A DNA stretch of 64,000 nt from Octopus sinensis. Taxonomy: Eukaryota. The stretch is taken from positions 147,188,001 to 147,252,000 of the forward strand of contig NC_042998.1 of NCBI RefSeq assembly GCF_006345805.1, given 5' to 3'. This document shows positions 24,270-36,049 of the stretch, piece by piece. A program made the translations under genes and the position numbers. Every line of letters starts with the position of its first letter. Position 1 is the first letter of the stretch. A model generated the notes under the pieces. That model was not told the origin of the DNA. It did no database searches and saw only the letters and a program-made list of their open reading frames with translations.

Positions 24270-25027
24270 AAGGAAATCCGTTGGAAAAACAAAAACAGAA
24301 CAGAGGCGGAGCAAAAAACAAATCGAACTGTGCTCCTAAGAGCCCATGGCGAAACTGTTTATCAGTGTATGTTGAGAACCGGTGGCTGAAGAATTCAACG
24401 GGTCAGGCATCGGTCAATCATGTGGGTGAGGGTGTATAGATGTTCTTTGTGACCGAGAATAAAGTTCTGACTATTTAAAGAATATTGGATGTTTTATAAG
24501 GGGCGAGAAAAAATCTACTTAGAGACGTGTGTGTGTGTATACTGTTCTATATATGTGTGTGTTAGCGTAGGGGTAGAAAGCATTTTTTGTGTACGTGTGT
24601 GCGTTTGATCGTTCGGCTGTCAGTGGCTACTGCCGTGATAACCGTTGGGTGGCAGAAAGAAAAAAAAAAAAAATTATATATATATATTATGTTTTATGTG
24701 TGTGTGTGTTCATCTAAGCCTGCCTTGTCAAGGAAACCCCCCGCTGTGAAAAAACCAAGCCCCGTTTGTCTTACAGGAGTAATTCCCCTTGCAGTGGTTA
24801 ATCGTAGATATCTTAAAGGCTATTTCAGAACAAATTGGTAACAAATTCTGAAATAGCCTTTAAGATATCTACGATTAACCATTGACCGATGCCTGACCCG
24901 TTGAATTCTTCAGCCACCGGTTCTCAACATACTGATAAACAGTTTCGCCATGGGCTCTTAGGAGCACAGTTCGATTTGTTTTTTGCTCCGCCTCTGTTCT
25001 GTTTTTGTTTTTCCAACGGATTTCCTT

Positions 25028-25117
25028 TTTTCTTCCTGAAGAGAAAGACACAATATGGTCCCATTATTCAATCGGATTTTGGTAATTTGTGCCTTTCGAA
25101 ACACGTGTAGAATGAAA
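25028..25117 (+). ncRNA. Type I hammerhead ribozyme, intact core, long stem II
   Basis: UUUUCUUC-CUGAAGA-GAAAGACACAA...UUGUGCCUUUC-GAA-ACACGUGU-A-GAAUGAAA. AATAAA at 25116-25121. Confidence 0.72.
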
Positions 25118-25196
25118 TAAAACGATTTCTGTTCAATCTGCGTTCAGCTCCATTTCTTCAATTCACCAATAATGTTATATATATATATATATATAT

Positions 25197-25380
25197 GCAC
25201 GCATTTTTTTCTCTCCTTGTTTCTCTCCGTGTTTCTTTTCTGTGTATCTTTCTGTTGAAGAGCGTAGGCTCGAAACGTAAAAGACTGGCGTTATTTATAT
25301 TCCTGAGCGCCATACTAATACAATTGTTTGTTTGTATTCCACCTGCCTTCGTCTTTTGTTTATTTTCATAAAGCTTCCCG

Positions 25381-25382
<2 letters not shown>
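25197..25382 (+). mobile_element. Solo 3' end of the 17299-19153 PLE family, with HHR-like motif at 25247-25284
   Basis: Homologous to 18941-19153. Between (AT)n tracts. Confidence 0.85.
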
Positions 25383-25421
<39 letters not shown>

Positions 25422-25504
25422 TAATATAATATAAATAATATATAAATATATGCATATATACATACATATATGTACATACCTACATCTATATGTATATATA
25501 CATG

Positions 25505-25655
25505 TATATATGGGTACAGGACATAAAAAAAAACGTTAAACACAATGAGAAACGAAAACATGAAAACAAAAACATGGAAACGATCTTTTTTCAAACAACG
25601 AAAAAACAGATTACAAGACATACAACACAAGGAATATTCCCCTTCTTCATTTGTC
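25505..25655 (-). repeat. Interspersed (TA)n-flanked repeat, possibly a PLE terminus
   Basis: Similar to 43020-43225 (GGGTACAGGACAT...). Confidence 0.5.
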
Positions 25656-25693
25656 TCTGTTTCATATATATATATATATATACATACATATAA

Positions 25694-25742
<49 letters not shown>

Positions 25743-25888
25743 GGCCTGCTAGGTAGCCGGCCAGAATGCTAGAAGAAGATCATCAACGATCAAACTACAA
25801 GGGAAATTCTCTAGAGGAAGAATTCAGCGAACACCAGAACCAAATTTGGCGGGCAGGACATACGAAAAATTAAATAAAAAACAGACTT

Positions 25889-25966
25889 AAATGCATACCT
25901 CGGTTTCGGTCTTAACAAAAGAATTACTTGCATAATTCAAGTGTCCGTGACTTCATCAGTACATTC
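25889..25966 (-). ncRNA. Type I hammerhead ribozyme, core intact
   Basis: GAAUGUA-CUGAUGA-AGUC...GACC-GAA-AC-CGAG-GU-A-UGCAUUU: 7-bp stem I including two G-U pairs. Confidence 0.62.
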
Positions 25967-26168
25967 GGTCCTCGAGATGCAAACCGCAAGACTAACCCCA
26001 GCTCTCTGTGTCAAGACAGACACGTGCTTAGTCTTACTGATTACATCGGGAATAAAATTTCAAATGTCTTGGTTCTGGCGCGCTAAGAGACTCCTGAAGC
26101 GAAGGGCTGCAGTGAATAATGCTTACAACTGCGGGTAATGCTTACAACTAGGGAACGTATTTATTTAA

Positions 26169-26408
26169 ATATTTAAAAATTGAGGGAGATAAATTAATAT
26201 TAATTTTAATATCAATTTAAAACCAGTAGTCCAGCATTCAAAAAATCTGAGGAGTCAGAGAAAATTCAAATATATGTGTATATTGCAGGCCAGCCCTGCC
26301 AATATACACATATATTTGAATTTTCTCTGACTCCTCAGATTTTTTGAATGCTGGACTACTGGTTTTAAATTGATATTAAAATTAATATAATTTATCTCCC
26401 TCAATTTT

Positions 26409-26415
<7 letters not shown>
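26169..26415. repeat. ~121-bp-arm palindrome abutting (TA)n
   Basis: Arms 26169-26289 and 26295-26415, with two 1-nt indels. Confidence 0.92.
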
Positions 26416-26453
<38 letters not shown>

Positions 26454-26456
26454 CCA

Positions 26457-26750
26457 TAGAATTGCAGCTAGAAAGTTACCCTCCGAGGCACAAGTCCGGG
26501 CAAGGCTGTTTATAGAAGACCAGTCGGCCATGCATACTCGCCTCCCTCTCCACGCCACCAGTGTTATCCAAGAGAAAGGCAAAAGCCGATACAGCTTGGC
26601 ACCTGTGACATCGCAACTCATTTCTATAGCTGAGTGAACTCGAGCAACGTGAAATAAAGTGTCTTGCTCAAGAACACTACATGCAGCCCGGTCGGGGTTT
26701 GAACTCACTACCTCACGATCGTATGCTCGACGCTCTAACCACCGCCTTCA
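26457..26750 (-). mobile_element. SINE family B
   Basis: Homologous to 640-1146 without the nested insert. Confidence 0.75.
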
Positions 26751-26774
26751 CACACACACACACACACACACAAC

Positions 26775-26776
<2 letters not shown>

Positions 26777-26805
<29 letters not shown>

Positions 26806-26893
26806 TGTATGTATGTATGTATGTATGTATGTATGTATGTATGTATGTATGTATTTATGTATGTATGTATGTATGTATGTATGTATGTATGTA
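26777..26893 (+). repeat. (TATG)n microsatellite
   Basis: Direct inspection. Confidence 0.95.
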
Positions 26894-27239
26894 CGTTTAT
26901 ATGAGAAAATGTGTGTAAGTATGTATGTACGTACTTATGTATGCATATATGTTCGTATATATGGATATTGCGTTCTTAATTACTAAAACAAAACTAAAAA
27001 TGACACTTGACTCTAAAATAACGAAGCTGCCACCCCGCGCGTAACCCTTCGTAACATAGAAAACACAACATACGACTGATCGGGGACAAAAGAAGAAAAG
27101 AAAGAAAATAAGCCATTCGAATAAACAACTTAGGAATTCAATCAACAGCAATGAAAAAACAACAAATTTCAAAAATTTGAAAAACAGGAAGTAGGCTCAA
27201 CGAATCGGATATGAAAACTTTCTGATGCCAGAAGTAACA

Positions 27240-27314
<75 letters not shown>

Positions 27315-27324
27315 TATAATAATT

Positions 27325-27637
<313 letters not shown>

Positions 27638-27908
27638 CCCCCCTCTCTCCCTCCCTCTACTCACTGACTAGCAGTACGTACGGCTTCTGACAAACCACTG
27701 CAGACCTAATCTCTGGCGTCACTAATCAAGTACATACACCTACACATGGATAATTGTACACGTTAATTTTTGGGTGTAAATATAAATTTGAACATACACA
27801 TATATAAGGGCGTTGGGGTGTATCTATATGCATATACGTAAAAATACATTCACTTATACATCGGTCAATATAAAAAATTATATTTATGTGTGTACATGTA
27901 TTTACATA

Positions 27909-28127
27909 TAAGGTTGGCCAAAAGTCACTTGACAGTAAACTAAAACCATTTTCTTCCAAAGTTTATTATATTTAACAACTGAATTAATTTGATATAAGCA
28001 TCTAAATAAGAAATTGCTGAAACTGAAGTCTTTCTTGAGCAACATATTTTCCATTCGAGTCAATACAGAATTACAGATAGTATTTATGGAATTCTTATTT
28101 ACTGTGTGTGACTTCTGGCCAACCCTG
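27909..28127. mobile_element. Tc1/mariner-type MITE
   Basis: Imperfect TIRs AGGTTGGCCAAAAGTCAC...CAGTAAA / TTTACTG...GTGACTTCTGGCCAACCCTG-TA. Confidence 0.7.
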
Positions 28128-28166
<39 letters not shown>

Positions 28167-28195
28167 ATGTAGATGTATATACGTATGTGTGTGTT

Positions 28196-28328
<133 letters not shown>

Positions 28329-29109
28329 AATGTGTGTGAGTGTACACATAGACAGACAGACTCACATATTACTATTGTAAATATGAGGGTAATAAATTAT
28401 AAACCAGTGGTCAGCATGCATAAATAAAAGTCACAAGACTAACTAATCCATTTTTGGTTCGTCGTGGTATTATAACAGCGTGCCTCATGAATTCTCTTTT
28501 TCGTGGTCTGGGTTTACTAGTATGTAAGTAGTCCAGTCAAGGGTCTCCTCTCTGTGTATAAAAATATTTTATACAGTTTTTATATATATATATAATTTAA
28601 ATAATCAGAAAATAGACAAAAATTTTGATTAACAAACAAAAAAAAACAAATTAGACCAAATCTGTAGATTATTTTTTAATGCAAAACATGACATAACATT
28701 TCTTACGGCCGTTTCCGCTTCCAATGCCAGTCGGTGCTTTCGAAAATAATATTCATCATCTTCATAGGACATTCGATCTATTATTACACGGAGCTTCATG
28801 AGAGTGAATACAAATGCGTAAAATAAAATAAACGAAGGGAAAACGGAATAATAATAGTAAAGGAAAGAATGAGGCTTCGAGAACAAGCCAGAAGTCACAA
28901 TATCCAAACCAGTTTTCGCTATTTAAATTAACTTTTCAAGAGACATTGTGAAGTAATAATTTCTTGTGACAAAGGTGTCTTACCATTTAGGATACTTGAA
29001 AAATAAGAATGAGACAAGAGAGTGGACAAAGGGAAGCAACAGGTGGCAAAGGGGACAACTAACTCCTCAGTATAATTGTTGAAATAGGAATATGTAAGGA
29101 TCAGGTGGT

Positions 29110-29780
29110 CAAGTTTATATATTAAAGTGTGGTCTTTACTTTTGTATGAACAGGTTTTCCTTTTTTAGGCGTTCTTGTAAGGCGATTGAATCTTTGCATT
29201 AATATAATGGAAAATATGAGAATTCGGTGTTTTATTTCTTGCGCATCTGTCAGTATATTCGCTCAGGACTATCTGCCTGTATTGAAGAAAACGAATCTGT
29301 TCTTTATGCAGCGTAACTATGCGTCTCAAAGTAAGGGTCGTTTGGCCCACATAATTGTGGCCACAACCTGAGCAGGTTAAGTATGGGTATGTACCGCAAT
29401 CAGGTCGTCTCCATTTTTTAACTGTTGGTATCGATGTGTTGAGAATAGTTTTGCAGTTGTTAGGAGTCTCTTAAGGGATTTGTGTTGTCTTTTGCATTTG
29501 AGGAGCTTATGTGTATTTAGAATGTTGTTCATTTTCGGGTCTTGAGTGAGCAGAGGGAGATTTTGTATAATTGTACTGTATGCTTCATTGTTTCTGGGGT
29601 GGTGGGTTGATATGCATGTGATTTAAAGTGAGCCCTTTGTCGAATCTATAGACTCATTCTCACTTTTCAAGTATCCAAAATAGTGAGACTCCTTTGTCAC
29701 AAGAAATGATTATTTCACAATGTCCATTGAAAAGCTAATTTAAATAGCGAAAACCGGTTGGATATCCCGACATCCATAAA
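29110..29780 (-). pseudogene. Degraded Penelope-like element (GIY-YIG region)
   Basis: LTCSGCGHNYVGQTTLTLRRIVTLHKEQIRFLQYRQIVLSEY..., KENLFIQK. Confidence 0.75.
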
Positions 29781-29870
29781 ATATGTATATATATAATTCT
29801 TTTTTTATAAAAAGATATTAAACTATGTGAAACGAAGGCATTTCTCTTCCACTTTAAATATATATATATA

Positions 29871-30419
29871 CAGGGTTATTTAAAAGAATGAGCCGATTTC
29901 ATTACGCAATATTTTAATAAGGGAAAGCAATAGAAAACTCCGGCTAGGTCACGGGTATTTACTCACAATCAACTTTTATTTCCTGTCTTACAAGTGTTCA
30001 ATATGGCCACCACCTGCAGCACGGGCAACATCTATGCGATAAGAGAATTCCTTCAAGATGCGTATCAGCATATCAAAAGAAAGTTCGTTATGTAACAAAA
30101 GAATAAATTTGCTTTGCTTGAGGTGATTTCAGAAAATATTGACATAGAAGAGAAATGGAAAAACTTCGATAAAGCATTCAACCAGACAGCCAAAAAAGTA
30201 CTCAGTGGATCGTAATATGTTGATACGCGTCTGGGAGGAATTCTCTTATCGCATTGATGTTGCCCGTGCTGCAGGTGATGGCCGCATTGAACTCTTGTAA
30301 AGATAGGAAATAAAAGTTGATTGTGAGTAAATACTTGTGACTTAGCTGGAGTTTTCTATTCCTTTTCCTTATTAAAATATTGCGTAATGAAATCGGTTCA
30401 TTCTTTTTGAATAACCCTG
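29871..30419. mobile_element. Tc1/mariner-derived MITE with ~200-bp inverted arms
   Basis: TA-CAGGGTTATT...AATAACCCTG-TA. Arms 29871-30073 and 30215-30419. Encodes a transposase C-terminus remnant NMLIRVWEEFSYRIDVARAAGDGRIELL. Confidence 0.85.
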
Positions 30420-30734
30420 TAGATATTCTGCTTAGGTTTAGCGAGACTAATAAACCGGTGTAGAACTCAATATACGTATTCTTCAGAATGCATTGTTATA
30501 TGAGTATAGAGTGCTAATAGGAATAAAGAAATGACACCGGTAATAAACTTCATTAGCTTAGAGCTGTTTTTGCTATAAGATGTGGTGGATGCTTAGTTGA
30601 ATACCAGGATAATATCCTATAGCTTTATCAGAGCCTTGTATATGAAGTACACTTTATTTGGGAAACTTACATTTTCAGAGCATAGAGGTTTTAAGAGTGA
30701 GAAAAGTTATATATAGGTCAGACTTCTTTTAGTT

Positions 30735-30870
30735 TCCTTCTATCAAGTCCATTCACAAGGCTTTGGTCCGTCGAAGTAGACGATACTTGCCCAACGTGCA
30801 ACGTTGTAAGATTGAACCCGGAAGCTTGTGGTTGGGAAGCGAATTTCGTATCACACAGTCTCTCCTGTGC
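30735..30870 (-). mobile_element. SINE family C head, diverged
   Basis: Reverse complement of GGTTCAATCTTACAACGTTGCACGTTGGGCAAGTATCGTCTAC...CCAAAGCCTTGTGAATGGA. Confidence 0.45.
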
Positions 30871-31017
30871 CATATAATGCATAATGCGTATCATTTACAA
30901 TAGGTACCTTCAATAGGTGCCTCCCGTACCTTGCGTCACGTCGTCACTTCTGTCAACTGAAAATAATATACGCGCGCGCACACACACACTCGCATAGACA
31001 TTTATATACATATATAC

Positions 31018-31048
<31 letters not shown>

Positions 31049-31153
31049 TGTATGTATGTATGTATGTATGTATGTATGTGTGTGTGTGTGCATGTATGTA
31101 TAATATATGTGAATCTGTATGTGTGTTTGTGTGTGTGTAATCGTGCGAGCATG

Positions 31154-31200
<47 letters not shown>

Positions 31201-31795
31201 ATATGTATGTATGTGTATGTGTACGTGTGTATACGCACACGTACATACAGGCATATACGCACATACACTCACACACATTCATTCACACATGATACACGTT
31301 ATATATATACACCACGTTCATTCCCAAACACTCGCACAAAACGAATGATACCGGATGTAATTAGGTAAACAAAAATGTCACATATGTTGAAAATATCTGA
31401 AGGAATCGCTTCCCTTGGCACTGTCAACATGTGACCTTTGACATCATCATAAGTATTGTCATAGAAAGATACTGGCTAAGTATATCGTACAAAGTTGCTG
31501 TTTCTCAAGATAGTGTAAACACGTTTCATGTTCGTAACTTCTCATAGACGCTTTTTGTCTATTCACAGTCCACTACTGCGGTTCTCTCCAACGTCCGCTC
31601 ACGCATTGACATACTTTAATAAATTACAACTTTCATTGACTCACATTCTGAAGCTGTATATTATTTTTCAGTTTTTGTTTTTTAATCAAATCTCGGTCCT
31701 TCATAAAGTGTTTCCACAACTTGCTGCCTTCGGCATATTCATACATGCATAATACATACATACATACATACATACATACATACATACATACATAC

Positions 31796-31826
<31 letters not shown>

Positions 31827-32377
31827 GTACATATGTACTTACGTGCGTGGATGCATGCATGATTGCGTGCGTGCATATTATACATGCATACATACATACT
31901 CACACACACATACATACACACATACATACATACATACATACATACATACATACATACATACATACATACATACATACATACATAGTCTTGCATCCTGATT
32001 ATAAATTCTCATAGTACCTATCATCATTGGTGCATTAGGTTATGTACCAACAAATTTGCACAAAAATCTTGAAATACTCGGTTTCACGAAAAAAAGTGCA
32101 AGAAATTGATGCGGATTCTCCAAAGCCAATCTTAGTGGTACAGTGAAGATTTGTAAAACATACTAGAAATTCTCCATCTGAGATTTTTATGTGAATAAAT
32201 GCATACAATTGGGTGAACATCGACAGTTCAACCAACGCACCAACTAAACCACACATCCACAAATATTGGGAACTCTCTTATCTAAAATATCTTGTCGCTC
32301 TTTTAGCAATCAGTATGAACTCTCTCAAGAACTTTAATTAAACTCAATGAAAAACCACAAATACATGCATACACGGC

Positions 32378-32430
<53 letters not shown>

Positions 32431-32683
32431 ACACACATACTGAACTACAAAAGGAACGTCGCACTGTAAACATTTGTTTCACACACGATATTGAGATTAT
32501 ATGGATTTTATCATATTTCTAGGTAATTTGACATCAGGAAGATATTGCTGATCCACAACACCACTCTCTAGAAAACACAAGGATTGCATGTATGGTTCGA
32601 ACTCGCTCACTTTTCTTGAGCATGGTAATGTTTGCGAACGCATCTTTATGAAAAGCATGATGCACGGGCAAAACGTTGACTCA

Positions 32684-33067
32684 TCTCTCTATATATAAAC
32701 GGCAGTTTGTCTGTGCGTTTTCTGTGTGTCTGTTTTCTCGTACTCTCACTCTGACCACGGCTTTCAACCGATTCTGATGAAACTTGACACACACATAGCC
32801 CAATGTCATAATTCAAAACTAACGCAGCGAAAATTTTGAAAAGTTCCCCATGTTCTGAAAAAAATCGATAAATTCGACATGGGGTCGAGAATCAGAAACC
32901 CAAACCACAGACCGTCTAGGGGACGCAACTCCACCTTTTTTAACTCTCAAAAAAAATTTACCATCATTTTTTTCCCATTTTTTTGCTATTATTTGGCTAT
33001 AACTCTCTAAAAATGCTTTATAGTTATTTCCCTTACAAACCTGAGCAACGCCGGGCGATACTGCTAG
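32684..33067 (+). mobile_element. Non-autonomous Helitron, copy 2
   Basis: A|TC...hairpin 33040-33055...CTAG|T. Confidence 0.87.
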
Positions 33068-33249
33068 TTGGCTATAAAAGGCACCCAAAATTATCACCCT
33101 GCATTTCGCCCCCCTCACTTTTTTAGCAGATTCCATTATTGACTTACCGTCTGGATGAAAATTTTGTGAGTTGCTGTGATATTGCTTTTTGAACGCTTTT
33201 ATTATTCTGCCTTGCGGCAATTGTTAAATTTATTGTTTTCTGTTAAAGG

Positions 33250-33465
33250 CTATTAATTGCTTTTTGAAAGATTTTGGCCAAGGTAATAGCAAAACGATTG
33301 GCGCGTGTCGCAGATGGTCTGATCAGGGAGGCACAGACATGTGCCATTCCTGGCAGAAGCATCCAGGATAATCTCCATCTTCTCCGCTACACCGTAGAGG
33401 GGTTTGGGAGTAAAACTGGCAAAGGTGGGGTATTGGTACATTTAGACCAATCTAAGGCTTTCTAA
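33250..33465 (+). pseudogene. L1/Tx1-clade RT fragment
   Basis: KILAKVIAKRL...QTCAIPGRSIQDNLHLLR...VLVHLDQSKAF (RT domains 2-3). Confidence 0.85.
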
Positions 33466-33867
33466 AGACTTAGGCCCTCCAAGAAAGAACTTCTACAATT
33501 CCATGTATGAGGGCCTAAATGACATCTGTCCAAGCCGATAACTGCAGCACAACTCACTGAAAGTTTTAAGAGAGCGTGGGCTGCTATTCCCATAGCCTTC
33601 TTCAATCGTTTGGTGCATTCAATGTATAGAAGATACCTAGCGGTAATCAACGCCAGCGGTAGTCACACGAGATATTGAGTTGATCTCTTTGGATCCAGGA
33701 CACTCAGTCATCATGTGACACCATGTGACATCAAACAGTTTCAGGAAATGACGTTTTATCATTAGGAAAGAACAGTTTCTTAATTAGCACTCTTCAATCA
33801 ATGCTATAGCAGTCTGTTAATAAACCGGTTTCTATTTAGCATGTGTCCATTCTTGCTCAAGGGCAAC

Positions 33868-33964
33868 AATTTCGAGGGAGGGCTAAATGGATTAGTTCAA
33901 CCACAGTGGTACTTGTGCCGCTAAGCATTTTGCCCGGTATCTTAAGGATTCTGCCAGCTCGCTG
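33868..33964 (-). mobile_element. SINE family A, internally deleted
   Basis: Head and tail segments only. Confidence 0.45.
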
Positions 33965-34041
33965 CATTACACACACACACACACACACACACATACACAA
34001 CGCACGCACGCACAGACACATTATTATTATTATTATTATTA

Positions 34042-34360
34042 TTTGACAAAAAATCTCAGCTTATTTTGCTAGGTGCGGTGGAAAGTGTCAGCTGTCCACA
34101 GCCAGCTGACTAAGGTGACACTTGTTTACTGATCATGCTTCAAGAACTCTGCGGAGAACTCTTGCAGTTCCAAGCAATAATGATTTTTGTATCTTTACAT
34201 TTGTACCCATCTTTTTGAGCCATGTTGATAGTTAAGCGCTGATACTTCCAAGTGCTCCAGTTACAATTGGTATCAAGTCCCCTCTCATCATTGCCCACAA
34301 CCTGCGTATTTGCCACTTTAGATCGTCATGATTGTTCCTATTTCCCACTTCAAATCGTCA
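34042..34360 (-). mobile_element. R4/Dong-like 3' end (same family as 54853-56020)
   Basis: Homologous to 54858-55150. Followed by (TAA)n on the minus strand. Confidence 0.8.
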
Positions 34361-34374
34361 TGATTATTATTATT

Positions 34375-34470
34375 TTATGTTTGACTTTTGCTTTACATTT
34401 GTACAAGTTGGCTCCAAGTTTCACCCAGAGACCTCAAGAGACAACAAGTTGGAAGTTCATGTTAGTGTTA
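34375..34470 (-). mobile_element. R4/Dong-like 3' UTR stub (same family as 56484-58090)
   Basis: Matches 56484-56575 (CACCCAGAGACCTCAAGAGACAACAAGTT). Confidence 0.75.
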
Positions 34471-34482
34471 TTATAATTGTTG

Positions 34483-34557
<75 letters not shown>

Positions 34558-34918
34558 TAGTAGTAGTAGTAGTAGTAGTATCATTGTTGTTGTTGTTGTT
34601 ATTTAATAATATTTTGATTCCACTCCATACTTGTACGTATGTGTGTACGTACGTATGTATGTATGTATGTATGTATGTATGTATGTATGTATGTATGTAT
34701 GTATGTATGTATAGTTATTTGTACTTCCAACTTCACATGGACGCCTTGTTTTGAACGCCGTAGGATGAGGTAATTGTCCTGAGAAACATCACGTATAGAC
34801 GCTTGGTACTAAAAAGAAAAAACGCTGAATGTCAGCATTTTGTGATGTCACTGCCTGTTTAGTCAGTGTTAAACTATATAGATTTGGATTTTCGAGCTAA
34901 CTGTCGGTGGTAGAATGC

Positions 34919-34971
34919 CTGTTGCTGATGAAACGCAGTTTACGCTGCGCTGAAATCACGTAATACAATAG
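34919..34971 (+). ncRNA. Orphan minimal type I hammerhead ribozyme
   Basis: CUGUUG-CUGAUGA-AACGCAG-UUUACG-CUGCGCU-GAA-AUCACGUAAU-A-CAAUAG. Confidence 0.6.
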
Positions 34972-35271
34972 TGCCATCCACCGGTGCTGACGACATTGTG
35001 TCAACCGATAATTTCCGTACTTTTTTTAGCACCTAATATTCATATGAGATAATTTCTCAGGACGAGATAGAGAGATTGCAAAAGTAGATCATATTTTAAT
35101 TACGCACATTAGGAGCAAACGTCTTTAATTCTATAGTTTAAGATACATAAATAATACATATGAATTAATTTAAGTTAAATTTGAAGCTATCCCAAATCGG
35201 AAATACCACCCGTTATGCTATCCTTATACTGATGCTGGTTAAAATACAAATCAGACTGGGAAAATAAATGA

Positions 35272-35343
<72 letters not shown>

Positions 35344-35831
35344 AAACGATTTGGTACCAACCGGAAATTGAAAGCGAATTAGTTCCTCTATAATGGCTCT
35401 GAAGTTGCATATTATAATTATTGTTTAATTAAGTATTTTTTATTTAAGTCAATTATTTTAGTTGAGCGCACTAAGGAAAATGATTAGCTACTGAGAAACC
35501 GAGGTTACGATACGGTTTCAATCTTGTCTATGGCATTCACTTATATTTACTTATATTTACACGACCATAAGCCTACAAGGGAGATTTTACGAAATCGTTC
35601 GAATTACGAGAAATAACAGCCAAGGTGTACCATGTGCTGTTAATTAAGGGAATGTTATTTAGCAGACAGTGCAGTATTCCTAAAGCAGTTACAATCGGTG
35701 CATCTTTCATCAGAGGGCAGACTTACCTTTTGCAGGTATTGTATTTTTCCCTTATTAACAATGTCATGTCTTAGAGAAAGGTAATTAGATAATATTTTTG
35801 GCTAGCTAAAGATTACAAGAATACTTTCTAT

Positions 35832-36049
35832 TATAAGCACAAGGCCTGCAATTTTTTGTGTGCGTGCTGGTTGTAGTGGGGTTAGTCGATTACATCGACC
35901 CAGTGCGAAACTGGTACTTAGTTCAGTGACCCCGAAAGGATGAAAGGCAAAGTCGACCCCGGTAGAACTTGAACTCAGAACGTAAAACCGAAAGAAATAC
36001 TTCTAAGTACTTTGTCCTGCGCGCTAACCATTTTGCTCGCTCACCGCCT
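35832..36049 (-). mobile_element. SINE family A
   Basis: Family A head, core and tail. Confidence 0.75.

Larger units (their letters stand above)
24121..25176. repeat. ~297-bp near-perfect inverted repeat (24121-24418 / 24881-25176)
   Basis: The arms match on read-through except for a 2-nt indel. Each arm contains an HHR and an AATAAA. Confidence 0.92.
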
